A stretch of 63,987 nucleotides of DNA, counting the filler, from Barthelona sp. PAP020 (lineage: Eukaryota): the NCBI GenBank assembly GCA_040182905.1. It is 34 parts of 34 records of this genome, joined end to end, with 100 filler letters (N's around TTAATTAATTAA, not from the genome) between each part and the next. Parts side by side here need not be neighbours in the genome. Positions count along the whole stretch, not along the records: positions 9,979 to 11,848 come from JARQWU010000900.1; positions 11,949 to 13,814 come from JARQWU010000901.1; positions 13,915 to 15,764 come from JARQWU010000902.1; positions 15,865 to 17,710 come from JARQWU010000903.1; positions 17,811 to 19,655 come from JARQWU010000904.1; positions 19,756 to 21,600 come from JARQWU010000905.1; 28 more parts are not named here. One strand, 5' to 3'. The number at the start of each line of letters is the position of its first letter. Positions within the stretch are counted from its first letter, which is position 1. Below, in pieces: positions 9,979 to 21,700 of this stretch. The notes below the pieces were generated by a model. The model was given only the letters and a program-made list of their open reading frames with translations, made no database searches and was not told the DNA's origin. A program made the position numbers and the translations under genes.

Positions 9979-11163
9979 ACAATGGACTATTGTCACGAAT
10001 GCGGCTTAGTTCATGGCGACCTGAAACCCAACAATGTTCTTTTGAGGAAGGTAAGTGGAAAGTTTATTCCTGCTTTGAGCGATTTTGGAACTGTGAAAGA
10101 TGCCAACAGTTTTTCCATGGTTTCTATGGTAGGAGCTATTGCATACGTTGCTCCTGAAATACTTGTTTGGGAAAATGAGGATGAAATTAATCGAAAGGCT
10201 ATCGATGTATGGGCGTTTGCCGTGATGATGATTTATGTAATGACAGGCGTTCGTCCTTTTGAGGGCATTGATGATCGTAAAGCGTACAGGTATTTGCTTG
10301 ATGGGAAATTGCCATATTCCGACGATGTCATTGATTCGATTCCTGGCCATGGTATTGTAAAGCTGTGTTTCGATGAAAACCCTGCCGAGCGTCCTTCGTT
10401 CGAGTTGATTGCTGATTATGTGAAGATGCTTGTCGATACTGTGGTTGAAGAGACAGGTATTGAAGAGGAAGCTGCAGTTGAGGATGAAGATGAAGATGCA
10501 GATGAGGAAGTTGACCCTTATATTAAGCATAATATGGATCAAGTTGTTGTTCCAAATGGGTTTGTTGTGGATGGATTTGAAGATAATGGTCGTCCAAAGA
10601 AGATATATTATGCAGCTTGTGATGGCAATCTTGAGGTTGTCAAACAATGTATCAAAGCTGGCGTTGATGTGAACAAACAGGGCAAGGAAGGAAGGACAGC
10701 GCTTTGGGGAGCTGCTTTTAATGGGAATATTGAAGTTGTTCAGTTTTTGTTGGATTTTGGCGCTGATGTAAATTTGTCTGTGGATGGTGGATTTTCTCCA
10801 TTGTATATCAGTTCTCAAAATGGTCATCTTGATGTTACCAAAATGCTCTTAGATCATGGAGCAGCTGTTGATTTGTGCAATAATAACGGTACTTCTCCAT
10901 TGTACATCAGTTGTGAAAAGGGTCATCTTGATGTTGCTAAAATGCTCTTAGATCATGGGGCCAATATTAATTTATGTATGAATGATGGCTGTTCTCCATT
11001 GTACATCAGTTGTCAATTTAGTCACCTTGACATAGTTAAACTTCTATTAGATCATGGGGCCAATGTAAATCTCAAATTTCAACAAAAATGGACACCAATG
11101 GATATTGCCACAGACGAAGGTCATTCCAAAATTGTACAAATTCTCCAGCCCTTCTACAATTGA
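9979..11163 (+). CDS. Protein kinase (5'-truncated, TKL-like C-lobe) fused to ankyrin repeats
   Basis: HGDLKPNNVLL, SDFG, YVAPE, DVWAFA, RPSF; then an acidic linker and ~6 ankyrin repeats. Confidence 0.93.
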   Translation, partial: TMDYCHECGLVHGDLKPNNVLLRKVSGKFIPALSDFGTVKDANSFSMVSMVGAIAYVAPEILVWENEDEINRKAIDVWAFAVMMIYVMTGVRPFEGIDDRKAYRYLLDGKLPYSDDVIDSIPGHGIVKLCFDENPAERPSFELIADYVKMLVDTVVEETGIEEEAAVEDEDEDADEEVDPYIKHNMDQVVVPNGFVVDGFEDNGRPKKIYYAACDGNLEVVKQCIKAGVDVNKQGKEGRTALWGAAFNGNIEVVQFLLDFGADVNLSVDGGFSPLYISSQNGHLDVTKMLLDHGAAVDLCNNNGTSPLYISCEKGHLDVAKMLLDHGANINLCMNDGCSPLYISCQFSHLDIVKLLLDHGANVNLKFQQKWTPMDIATDEGHSKIVQILQPFYN

Positions 11164-11669
11164 TCCGATGCTTTTTCTTTTTAACAAAATTGACTTCTCA
11201 AAACACAATCCTATCGATAAATTATCACACAAAAATGATACTTGAAAACACCCAACTTTATATCACAACTTTACATTCACATTTTAAATTTGAAGTGTTT
11301 GGATCAAAGTGTAACCCACGTTTTATAAACCCTCCAATTTTGTTATTGATAATCAAACAGTGAACTTTTGAAGTGTGCTTAGTTTCTCTTAGGCACATCA
11401 ACCCAAGTTAAATCTCTATTGTTTCTTCGTTCTTACTGTGGTTGAATCTAATCTACAATTGGTTTGTTTCTGTTGGGCAGTTGTGAGATACTTGTGGATA
11501 AATACTTTCATATCTTAATAATTCATATTGCTTCAGACCAAAGGCAGTGGCTTGTGATTTAATGATTGGTGAATATGGATTGGTTGCTGTTTGCTTTTAT
11601 ACCTTTGATGAACAGAGATTCTTGAATAGTATTTTTAATTTGAAAAGTGTTAGAATCTTTGATTCATGA

Positions 11670-11848
11670 AGAAGAACGGCCATGTGTATGAATGAAAAAT
11701 AGCAGCAATGTTTATTTGGTTAAAAGCTTTCGAGGCCCAATTGATCTGTTGAAAAACTTTAGATTTTCTAAGGTAAAGTTTAAACTTTAAAATTTTGCTT
11801 TTGCAAAAATACAAAAAAATAGGAATGAAGAATTTCTCCGAAATTCTC
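11670..11848 (+). repeat. Repeat family B
   Basis: Matches ~62008-62187 and, in reverse, 34921-35015. Confidence 0.9.
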
Positions 11849-11948
11849 NNNNNNNNNNNNNNNNNNNNNNNNNNNNNNNNNNNNNNNNNNNNTTAATTAA
11901 TTAANNNNNNNNNNNNNNNNNNNNNNNNNNNNNNNNNNNNNNNNNNNN

Positions 11949-12319
11949 GAAATTCAGACAATGGTTGAAAATTTTGGGAAAATTTCTTTTGTAATCTTTC
12001 AAGATTCTTTATTAGCCAGTAACATTAGATTCTTCTTTGTCTTAAGCTCAACTAGTTGTTTTATTATTTGATAAATTTTGAAATACGAGAAATTTTGCTT
12101 GATTCAAATTCTGGCGCATTTCTTCACGCTTTTCTTTTTCCCTCCTTGTGAAAATGCCCGCTACGCTTCACAATTTCACGTTAGGTACAAGAAAAGGTAT
12201 ACGAAAGCTTTTATATACGGTGTGTTATTGAAATGAGTAGTTGGGAAAGCCTTGAATTTGAATCCTGGCTGTTTGAAATGACTTAGTTCTGATTGAAAGA
12301 TTGGACGATATTGAATCCC
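11949..12319 (+). repeat. Repeat family C, copy 1 (identical by eye to 13444-13814)
   Basis: 371-bp direct repeat at both ends of the contig, offset 1495. Confidence 0.95.
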
Positions 12320-13395
12320 AAAATCTCAGAACCTAAGTCATAACAAACCCTATATGAGAATCCTCAATCATCTCACATACACCCAAACCATCTACAATTC
12401 ATTTAGGTAATTACAGTAATGCTATAGAAGCTCTTCATCACGATCTGACGCATTCTACAGATCTTCCAACCAGAGGAAGGAAACTGAGTCGTTCACATTC
12501 GACTACTGTACTGTAATACCCAACAAACCATTTGTGATAACTGTAACAGTTAAAGTTGTAGTTCCATTGATACGTATTCTCGATTTTGAACACTTCTGTA
12601 TCAACTTCTCGTTTTGTCAAATTTTCGAAACCCCTGTGATCACCAAACGATTATGGCTACTCACTATTCTCTTTATATTTTCTACAACTTCATCTACTCT
12701 CCTATCTTTAGATTCTTACCAATCCATCAACACCGATGCCTATTCATGTTACTCTTTTCATGAAAGCTTCTTCTTACGCTTCTCAACATCAGGTTGCACC
12801 TACTTCTTCGTGCTTGTAATTGATGACTTGATAGAACCTTTCTGCTGCCGACATACTCCTTTATCGATGTCTTCATGACAACAGGACCTTAACAGAAACA
12901 CACAACTTTCAACTTCATGTATGTTCCCAGGCTAAGATAGGATAGTATCCAATCCAACTTTTCATTGCTGTGTATCGATGACATATCCACCAAAATCCAT
13001 CCATGTTAGAATTCTCCCTGCCTCTTAATTCTCTATTTGCATGGGTCTAGACTTCTACAAGAGATGAAGCTTGATGAAATATTCCTAAGAATAATCAAAG
13101 ATGCACACGGAACTGCTTGTTGGAATTGAATTGATATCACTAGTGTGAATGCTATTGCTGAAAGTATGCTTAAACTTCAAACGCATACTTTCGATATTTT
13201 CTCTTAGAAGGATCCATTTTTTCCTCTCTAAGAGCAGCTAAAGAATTGTCTACGATAAAACAATTCTTTAACACATATGTGCAATGGCTTCTCTCAGGAA
13301 TGAAACAATATTTTCCTGAAAGCTGCAGCTAAAGTGTTGGTTTCCAACAAACCATTCCAAAATACCACTTTAGCATGCAACAGCTCTAAAACCGT

Positions 13396-13814
13396 TAAAA
13401 AAAGAAATGACTTCAATAACTTTGGATAGAAAATTTGATTAAGGAAATTCAGACAATGGTTGAAAATTTTGGGAAAATTTCTTTTGTAATCTTTCAAGAT
13501 TCTTTATTAGCCAGTAACATTAGATTCTTCTTTGTCTTAAGCTCAACTAGTTGTTTTATTATTTGATAAATTTTGAAATACGAGAAATTTTGCTTGATTC
13601 AAATTCTGGCGCATTTCTTCACGCTTTTCTTTTTCCCTCCTTGTGAAAATGCCCGCTACGCTTCACAATTTCACGTTAGGTACAAGAAAAGGTATACGAA
13701 AGCTTTTATATACGGTGTGTTATTGAAATGAGTAGTTGGGAAAGCCTTGAATTTGAATCCTGGCTGTTTGAAATGACTTAGTTCTGATTGAAAGATTGGA
13801 CGATATTGAATCCC
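13396..13814 (+). repeat. Repeat family C, copy 2 (~420-bp unit)
   Basis: Matches 11949-12319 and 44545-44875. Confidence 0.95.
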
Positions 13815-14050
13815 NNNNNNNNNNNNNNNNNNNNNNNNNNNNNNNNNNNNNNNNNNNNTTAATTAATTAANNNNNNNNNNNNNNNNNNNNNNNNNNNNNN
13901 NNNNNNNNNNNNNNACGGCTAGTTTCAGCCTTCACAATATAAATAACTCCATCTTTTCTTCTTTTTCACGCCTCATCCAACTAAAAACAAATTCAAAAAC
14001 AAATGTTATTTATGAAATTGAGCAAAAAAATAATAATGACACACATACAC

Positions 14051-15229
14051 CTACAATTCATCTTTTGAAGATTCAAAAGGTTTGACAAGTTGGTATCTAA
14101 CATCGCCTGATAAGACTCTTTCAGAAAACATGTTGACAGAAGATATATCAACAGCAATTTCGGAGAACGCTGCCCTAATTTTCAAATTTCCCTTGACAAC
14201 TTTTGTTTTTATGGCAATAAGTCCTTCAGTATTTTCCTTTAAACCAAATTCTTTTGGTGAAGGTGTTTTGTTAGTCTGTTTCAAAACCAAAAAATGAATT
14301 GGCTCATTTTGGTATTTTCTTTTTAAACTCTCAACAATATTTAAACCTTTCATAACATCATCAGTGACTAATAACAAGGCGATTCCTTTCTTCTTTTCAA
14401 CATAATTTTCAAAATCTCTCTTTGATTCAATAAGATTATTGGAACTTGTTGGAATCTCATCTTTACTGATATTTTCTTTGCTTTTCGTTTTAGGTTTGGT
14501 TAGTTTTTCATTGCTTTTCAATTTATACTTGTCTTCAAAATGTTTCTTGATTAAGGGATATTTTAATTGGCCATCATACACTTCAATTTTATCATTGAAA
14601 AATGTAACGATAGAAGGAACTTTTGATATTTCAGGAAATTGTTCTATTGCTTTCACATCACGACAAAAACCAAAGACCGTATTTTCATTTTCAAAAGTAT
14701 TAGCAATTGAACTGTATAAAGCTGGACTTTTTCCTTTTTTACTGAAAAGAATAGTTACAATCTTGTCTTTATTGCTTTTCAAGAATTCTTGAACAGTCTC
14801 ATAATTTTTTAATTTTTCAGTATTATCCTTAATAAATTGTAAAGGATATGAACTTAAAGAACGTTCACTTCTGTCTCCATTAAAATCAGATATTTTTCTT
14901 TGACCTTTTGAACCACTGAAGACTTTTATAGTTGGAAAACCAGTAATTCCATATTGTCCACAGGTTTGTTTATTGGCATCACAATCAATTTGTCCCACTG
15001 TTACCATACCTCCCAAATTCTTTGAAACTTTTTCAATGGTTCCTTGAATATTCTTACAATGAGGACACCATGGGGCAAAAAACTCAACCATAACAACATC
15101 TTCTGAATTTGCAACCTCACTCAAAAAATTTGCATCAGAAAATTTTCTAAGGCTACCTTCATCATTTGAATATATTAAACTAAATGATTGAATTAACAAT
15201 AATATGGAAATTAATAACTTTAAATTCAT
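14051..15229 (-). CDS. Protein disulfide isomerase (PDIA6/P5-like), ER luminal
   Basis: Signal peptide, VEFFAPWCPHCK thioredoxin motif, GFPTIKVF, C-terminal KDEL. Confidence 0.92.
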   Translation of the reverse strand: MNLKLLISILLLIQSFSLIYSNDEGSLRKFSDANFLSEVANSEDVVMVEFFAPWCPHCKNIQGTIEKVSKNLGGMVTVGQIDCDANKQTCGQYGITGFPTIKVFSGSKGQRKISDFNGDRSERSLSSYPLQFIKDNTEKLKNYETVQEFLKSNKDKIVTILFSKKGKSPALYSSIANTFENENTVFGFCRDVKAIEQFPEISKVPSIVTFFNDKIEVYDGQLKYPLIKKHFEDKYKLKSNEKLTKPKTKSKENISKDEIPTSSNNLIESKRDFENYVEKKKGIALLLVTDDVMKGLNIVESLKRKYQNEPIHFLVLKQTNKTPSPKEFGLKENTEGLIAIKTKVVKGNLKIRAAFSEIAVDISSVNMFSERVLSGDVRYQLVKPFESSKDEL

Positions 15230-15665
15230 GTGTTACTTAAAAAAAATTGATAAACTGTTTTCAGATTCAGTTTTTGAAGCATCAATTTTTTCTTGAATTA
15301 TTTGATTATTATTTTGCAATATTATCCTTTAATTGAAATACTACTTCTTCAAATTCAGATTGAATATGCTGTGACCAGTGGACAAATTCTTCATTTGACT
15401 TTTTATTGTTGTGAACAAATATTAATATTAGAGATTATCACTTTGGAAAACCTTCCAAATAATTTATTTGACAATTAAACTGGGTGTGTCCATTTCTTTT
15501 CTCAGGAATTTTTTGTTTAAGAGAAAGAATTTTTAAATTTTTATAAAAGCATCTGCATTGTTTTAAATTGTTAGGAAAAAGAGAAATCCAATAATTTGGA
15601 TACCCAAAAAATTGGGAACAGGTAAAGATTTTTTTTTTCAAATTATAGTCTTTTTTCCCAAAAGA

Positions 15666-15764
15666 ATGGAAACGTATATTGGTATTGAAGGTGGAGGAAC
15701 TGCAACTAAAGCATCTATTTTTAATCGAGAAGGGAGGTTGCTGGCTTCATGCGAAATTGAACAA
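15666..15764 (+). CDS. N-acetylglucosamine kinase / BadF-type ATPase, 5' fragment
   Basis: METYIGIEGGGTATKASIFNREG resembles the NAGK N-terminal G[IV]EGGGT motif. Confidence 0.7.
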
Positions 15765-16132
15765 NNNNNNNNNNNNNNNNNNNNNNNNNNNNNNNNNNNN
15801 NNNNNNNNTTAATTAATTAANNNNNNNNNNNNNNNNNNNNNNNNNNNNNNNNNNNNNNNNNNNNAGACTTGATTTTTCTATTTTCCATTCATATTCATAG
15901 TCATTTTCATTTACTTCATCAAATGTTCTTTGATACAGTTTTTTTCCATATGTAAAATTCTCTTTTGGCTTTATTTTTTGTTCAATTTTATCAGTACAAT
16001 GTAAAAAAAATAATTTTCAATTTATAACGTTAAAAAAGATGTCAAAAGATTAAAATATTGACAAAAATCATCCGAATACTCATTTAATGACGATTTTTAT
16101 AAAGTAATAGCTTATTAAACACTGAGGTAGAA

Positions 16133-17650
16133 TTACAATTGGATTATTTGGAAACTATGCGCATTTTCAGCATCTTTATTTTCATTTTCAGATGAATTTT
16201 CTGTTTTTGCTGAATAAGATGCAGTTATTTTAACATTTGATTGTGATAATATGTCGCTATTATTTTCATCATCTAATTGAATTTGTAAAATTGCTTCTTC
16301 CACTTCTTTTTCTCCTTTGTTTCCAAATACGTCTGCATTTTCATCCTTTACGGCTTTGTCAATGTTATCCTCATCGTGCTTAGTCTCAACTAAATGAAAA
16401 TTTTTATCAACTGATTCACTATTTACTTTGGATTTATTATTCCTGTCAAAAACTTTGGAGTCATCAACGTCTCTTGGACTATAATGTTCAGATTTGGTTT
16501 GAGAAAGAGCTAAATCTAGGGCAAAATCCAAATCATCTCTGGTCATTATTTCGGAAGTACTCAAGGTGTCTAAACGGGGTATTTCATCTCTTTCAATAAA
16601 ATCTAATATTTCATCCAATTCACTCACTTTATCAATATTTCTACCAATTTTTTGAGGAAACAATTGTGTATAATCTTGATTCTTAAGCTTAACCTCCAAA
16701 TCAATTTCTAAATCATCTAAAATTTCATTGTATCCAATTCTTAAATAGTCATTAACTCCTTTTTGCTCCAAAAGAAGCTGTTCTCTCTCTTGGCGAGAAA
16801 GATTAGGCAATTTGTTTTTCATTGATGTAATTTTTAACATGAAATCATTCGAATTCTTAATTTCATCAATTTTTTCTTCAAAAGCCTTAGGTTTCTTAAC
16901 ATGCGCTATTTTACTCATAATAAACAATAGATTGCTTTCGGTAATATTGCAAAATGAATATAATTGGCAAAATTTTGAAAAGACTTCTTGCAACTTTGAA
17001 TTATCTGCATATTCTACTATAATTTGCAATCGTTTCAACTCTTTTACAAGATGTTCATAATTCTTTAAGGTTTCTTTGTAATATAACGCTTTATCTTTTT
17101 CATTCATTGGAGTTATATTTTTTTGGATGTTGATATACTTCAAAAACTTTTCAATCCTGTTGGTCAATGTTTTTAATTGATTCACATTCATGTCAATGCT
17201 ATTAAAAGCAAAAGTAAAAATATCTTTCATTGACGTGGGAATATACTTTGATTGGATACTCATTTTTGGTTTACTTTTCACTTTTGAAATGGTCTTTTTG
17301 GGACTCTTAACTGTCATATACCCAGCTGGATTTCTGTGTCGATTGACTATCACACTCGAAGGGGACGAATGCGTTGAGGTATTCACAACAATAGCATGCT
17401 CTGTTGTTATTTTATTCAAAGGTTTTATTGGAGAAACAATTGATTGAGATAAATCTGAAAAATTCATCTCCAAAAAATGAATTTTTGCCGCTTGATCCTG
17501 AATCAGTTGATCTTTTTGCTCAATTTTTTGTTTTAATTTTGTAATTTTCGTTTCTAATAAATGAAGTTGTCGTGTTTTCAGGATATTTTCGTTTTGTAAC
17601 ATTTGATATTGTTCAACACTTATAAATAACTGTGAATTTTCATCTGTCAT
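16133..17650 (-). CDS. Coiled-coil hypothetical protein, ~505 aa
   Basis: Long ORF, ATG at 17650 (MTDENS), N-terminal heptad pattern. Confidence 0.7.
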   Translation of the reverse strand: MTDENSQLFISVEQYQMLQNENILKTRQLHLLETKITKLKQKIEQKDQLIQDQAAKIHFLEMNFSDLSQSIVSPIKPLNKITTEHAIVVNTSTHSSPSSVIVNRHRNPAGYMTVKSPKKTISKVKSKPKMSIQSKYIPTSMKDIFTFAFNSIDMNVNQLKTLTNRIEKFLKYINIQKNITPMNEKDKALYYKETLKNYEHLVKELKRLQIIVEYADNSKLQEVFSKFCQLYSFCNITESNLLFIMSKIAHVKKPKAFEEKIDEIKNSNDFMLKITSMKNKLPNLSRQEREQLLLEQKGVNDYLRIGYNEILDDLEIDLEVKLKNQDYTQLFPQKIGRNIDKVSELDEILDFIERDEIPRLDTLSTSEIMTRDDLDFALDLALSQTKSEHYSPRDVDDSKVFDRNNKSKVNSESVDKNFHLVETKHDEDNIDKAVKDENADVFGNKGEKEVEEAILQIQLDDENNSDILSQSNVKITASYSAKTENSSENENKDAENAHSFQIIQL

Positions 17651-18627
17651 CTTAAAAATCTTATCAAATAATGACAAAATCAAAAAAAAAAAAAAAAAAA
17701 AAAAAAAAAANNNNNNNNNNNNNNNNNNNNNNNNNNNNNNNNNNNNNNNNNNNNTTAATTAATTAANNNNNNNNNNNNNNNNNNNNNNNNNNNNNNNNNN
17801 NNNNNNNNNNCTAAAAAATATTAGTATATATCGCTAAAATCTAATAAAATAACTATGCCAAAAATAAACAACATCGTCTGCTGACATTTTTTTGTTTAAT
17901 AATTGTAAATAATGAAAAAAAAAGTATTGATAGTTTTTGATGGAATTTCATTTTCATCCTGAAGTTCACTTATTGTAAGCATAAAGTCAACACGAGATTT
18001 GTTTGAGGCTTTATATGATGAAACAAATGGTAAAATCGTCAACTTTGTTTTGTGTTGTGAGGTGAATTTTTGATTGATAAATCTCATTGAAAGCTATAAC
18101 CATATTTTACTTATTTGGAAATTTCATTGAATTATTTTTGCAACAATAATAATAATAGAAGCCACAAATTTAAAATGTTTCATACCGTCACAAAATAAAT
18201 ATATGAAGCAACGAGTCTTTATTATTAAACCTCCAAAAATTAAGTCAATTTTCAATCCCAATGAAAACGAAGAATTTGTACTTTAAAAGGATGTTCAGAA
18301 AACTTGTTTGTTTCAAAAGGAGAATGAAATCATCTCAAAATTAGAGTTTTGAATTTCAAATTCAAAAAAAGTACGGTTCATGAAATTGGGAAAAGAAAGA
18401 AGATTTTAGTTGAAAGTTTTTTTGTTGAAAATGGAATATTTTGTTGAAACATATTCTTAATATATCGTATATTTGAGAAAAAAATTGGATTTGAGGAGAA
18501 ATCCAGAAAATTGGTTGAATTTCAGAAGATTGCGAAAAAACTGACAATGAAAAAAGATGGTCATTTTCAAATTCAACCTTTGAATTGATCTTTCATTAAT
18601 ATTTTTTACGATACAACAACAAAAAAA

Positions 18628-19428
18628 ATGACTTTACCTTTGGATATGTTCTTTAGACGTGTTTACTTGAATGGGGATAACAGTATGAAATTAAGAACTT
18701 TATTTGATTCAAAAGAAGGAACAAAAATACGGAGAAGTTTGATAGATTGGTTGAGTGATATCATTAATTGGTTAAAATTACCTTCAAAATATGTTTATAA
18801 TTCTATAGCATTTTTTGACCATGTAATTTCAATTAACACACCAATTAATCAATATCAACTGATTTTAACAGCCTCTTTCTCTGAGGTTTGTGACCGTGAG
18901 TTTATTCCTGTAGATTTATATGAATTATATGAGTTTATGAATCATTTATATCCATTAAAAGTCATTGAGGATTGTTGTCATGAAGTATCTGTTTTGCTAG
19001 ACGGAATAGAAATTCCATCTCTTTTTGATGGAGTTTCGTCTTACCTATGGTTGTTGTTAAAAAATGAACAATATTATTCTATTTGCCTTGGAGCTATGGA
19101 TCCAATTTTGGAATATGTTTTAACAACTTTCCCCTTCTTTTGTGCAAATAGTGGATTAGTCAGTTGTGCTGCTGCAATTTTAGTTACTGAAGCTTGTCAA
19201 TGTTGCTATATGATTAAAGATATTAGTTTTGTTTTGAATAATCCATTGTTAGATGATCTACACAAATACTATTTCAATTTGTATGAGACTTTTCAAAAAG
19301 AAAATTCAGATTTATTGGGGAAACCTTCTAATTCAAGGAAATTTGATACATTTCCATATTTGAAAAGCAATGAGAATAAAAGTGGATTATTTTTGAACAC
19401 CGGTTTTTTTCATTTGATTGAAAACTAA
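18628..19428 (+). CDS. Divergent cyclin
   Basis: IRRSLIDWLSDI...YNSIAFFDHVIS...YQLILTASF follows the cyclin-box helices. Confidence 0.75.
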   Translation: MTLPLDMFFRRVYLNGDNSMKLRTLFDSKEGTKIRRSLIDWLSDIINWLKLPSKYVYNSIAFFDHVISINTPINQYQLILTASFSEVCDREFIPVDLYELYEFMNHLYPLKVIEDCCHEVSVLLDGIEIPSLFDGVSSYLWLLLKNEQYYSICLGAMDPILEYVLTTFPFFCANSGLVSCAAAILVTEACQCCYMIKDISFVLNNPLLDDLHKYYFNLYETFQKENSDLLGKPSNSRKFDTFPYLKSNENKSGLFLNTGFFHLIEN

Positions 19429-19755
19429 ATCTGTTGATTTGAGCAATAAATAGTTATATATGTTGTTTATTTTTGAAAACAATTAATTTTTGAAAAAGAA
19501 ATGAGAATTCAAACAATTTTATTTTGTTTTGAATTTGTATTTTAAAACATTAAATATGGAATTTGATTTTACTGAAGAAGAGATATTTAGGGTAGGTTCG
19601 ATCCAACCATTATGTGCAAGAGTTTTAAGTACAACTTTAAATAAAACTCAAAAAANNNNNNNNNNNNNNNNNNNNNNNNNNNNNNNNNNNNNNNNNNNNT
19701 TAATTAATTAANNNNNNNNNNNNNNNNNNNNNNNNNNNNNNNNNNNNNNNNNNNN

Positions 19756-19878
19756 TTGAACTATACCTTAGAAAATCTAAAGTTTTTCAACAGATCAATC
19801 GGGCCTCGAAAGCCTTTAACCAAATAAACACTATTCTTTCTTATTCACTCATACGCACAGTGCTTCTTTGCTTGGAAA
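19756..19878 (-). repeat. Repeat family B
   Basis: Reverse complement of 5829-5924 / 61998-62120. Confidence 0.9.
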
Positions 19879-20234
19879 TAAATATCTAATAAACAAAGTG
19901 TATTGTAAAAATTCAGAAGTTTGCATTCAATACGCTATTGCTTACATATTTTGTTGTTGTTATTAACCCATAAAATACCTTCAAAAGTTCAAAATAGTTA
20001 ATAATAATAATAATAATATATATTTATTTATTTATTTTTTTCCTGTTTGATAATTCAAATTTTCATCTTCAATGACCTTTTAACAGAATAAGCTTCTCTT
20101 TATTCGCCCTTATTCAAACGAACATAATAAAGATTAAAGATGGATACAGATTTTGCTCAATTAAAAAAGAGAAAAGAACTGGGTTTTTGTTTAACCTACT
20201 TATTTTACATTTTTGTTATCAAATACAGCGAATA

Positions 20235-20915
20235 TTAGTCTTCTGGGCCAATTACAGATAAAGATTCATCAGACTCAATTTCATAATCACTTAAAACCAT
20301 TTGAACTGAAGTGGGCAATTTAGAGATATCTTGAACCACTAACGAAAACTTATTACATCTTGGACACAATTGTTTTTCAACCAACTGATGAGAATCCAAC
20401 ACAATACCACTAAATTTTCCACATTCCGTGCAAATAAAAGCAAACTTGATAACTTTTGATATTTCAGATATGTCTTGAGATGAAAAAATTACGTTATCAT
20501 TTCCCCGATGCTTCAAAAGTCTGGACAATGCAGTATCTGGTGAATTTTGATAGAAATTTGGTGAAGTCAATTCTTCCTCCAATTTGTTGGCATCAGGCAT
20601 AATAGGAGATAATGCATCAAATGTCATTTCGTCTTTTTCAGTCTTTGAGGGCGACTGAACATAATCGAGAGAGTCCAAATCATTTTCACCCATTTGGGAT
20701 TCACTTTCACTGATTTTTCCTCCAGAAATACTTTTTGCTTGATATATATAGCAAATAATATGTAAACTTAAAAAATACACAAGCAATACGACAGAATATT
20801 GATATTTTAACCACTTTAAGGGAAAAAACCATGACACAACTGTTCCTAAAGCAATGAAGGATATTATAATTGGAAAAACATTTCGCTTGTATAAAAAATT
20901 AAATATTTTCATCAT
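20235..20915 (-). CDS. Two-TM protein with C4 zinc ribbon, Lunapark-like
   Basis: Two hydrophobic helices, then AFICTECGKFSG...CPRCNKFS, resembling the Lunapark ALICxxC...CxxC finger. Confidence 0.55.
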   Translation of the reverse strand: MMKIFNFLYKRNVFPIIISFIALGTVVSWFFPLKWLKYQYSVVLLVYFLSLHIICYIYQAKSISGGKISESESQMGENDLDSLDYVQSPSKTEKDEMTFDALSPIMPDANKLEEELTSPNFYQNSPDTALSRLLKHRGNDNVIFSSQDISEISKVIKFAFICTECGKFSGIVLDSHQLVEKQLCPRCNKFSLVVQDISKLPTSVQMVLSDYEIESDESLSVIGPED

Positions 20916-21700
20916 ATTGCAACTAAAAGTCCTTAAATATCAACTCAATTGTTACCAAAAAGAAGATAAATTTGTATAAATTGAATAATTTGGGCACTGA
21001 TTAAACCTTCGTAAATTAAACAAAAAAATTTACACACAACTGCCACAGAAATAATTTTAAACTTTGAGCGCTATTGCAACTTAAAAGACCATAACTGAAA
21101 TTTTGTTTGAAATAATTGATGATTATAAAATTTTTTTGTGAAATATCAGTTTTGTTCGTTATTGACAGTAGAAAGAAATAAAATTTATTCATGGCCATCA
21201 AAAACAATGGGAAAACGTTTTATAGACTTAGCCACGTCTGGAAATTTGTGATAAACCAAAAAAATGAACAGAAACACAAAATAATTCATTAAAATTTTTA
21301 CAATTATATAATCAATATATTGAATTAAAAATAAATGACTTGGTTCAAATGAATCAAAAAAAAAAAAAAAAGGAATTATTTTTTGAAAAGTACAATTCAA
21401 TTTATGATTGATTTAAAAATTTTAAAAGTGAACATTAAGAATAATTAGCAGTTTGACTACTTTCACAATTTGGACAAACTCTTGTTTTACCAACCCATTG
21501 ATTGAATTCTTCTCTATTTGCCGGTGAATTACAAGAGGTACATTTCACAACATTCAAAACTGGATATCCTGTAACCATACAGCTATAATATTTATGATGA
21601 NNNNNNNNNNNNNNNNNNNNNNNNNNNNNNNNNNNNNNNNNNNNTTAATTAATTAANNNNNNNNNNNNNNNNNNNNNNNNNNNNNNNNNNNNNNNNNNNN

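Noticed and set aside
13351..13392. Minus strand reads GTTTTAGAGCT-gttgc-ATGCT-aaagtggta-TTTTGGAATGGT, resembling the type II-A CRISPR repeat GTTTTAGAGCTATGCTGTTTTGAATGGT
   Set aside because: Single copy, needs two large insertions to align, no spacers or cas genes, eukaryotic context. Treated as coincidence; the local hairpin is reported separately.
17692..17710. A-run at a contig end as a retroposed poly(A) tail
   Set aside because: It lies upstream of a minus-strand gene; homopolymer runs are common here and often break assemblies.
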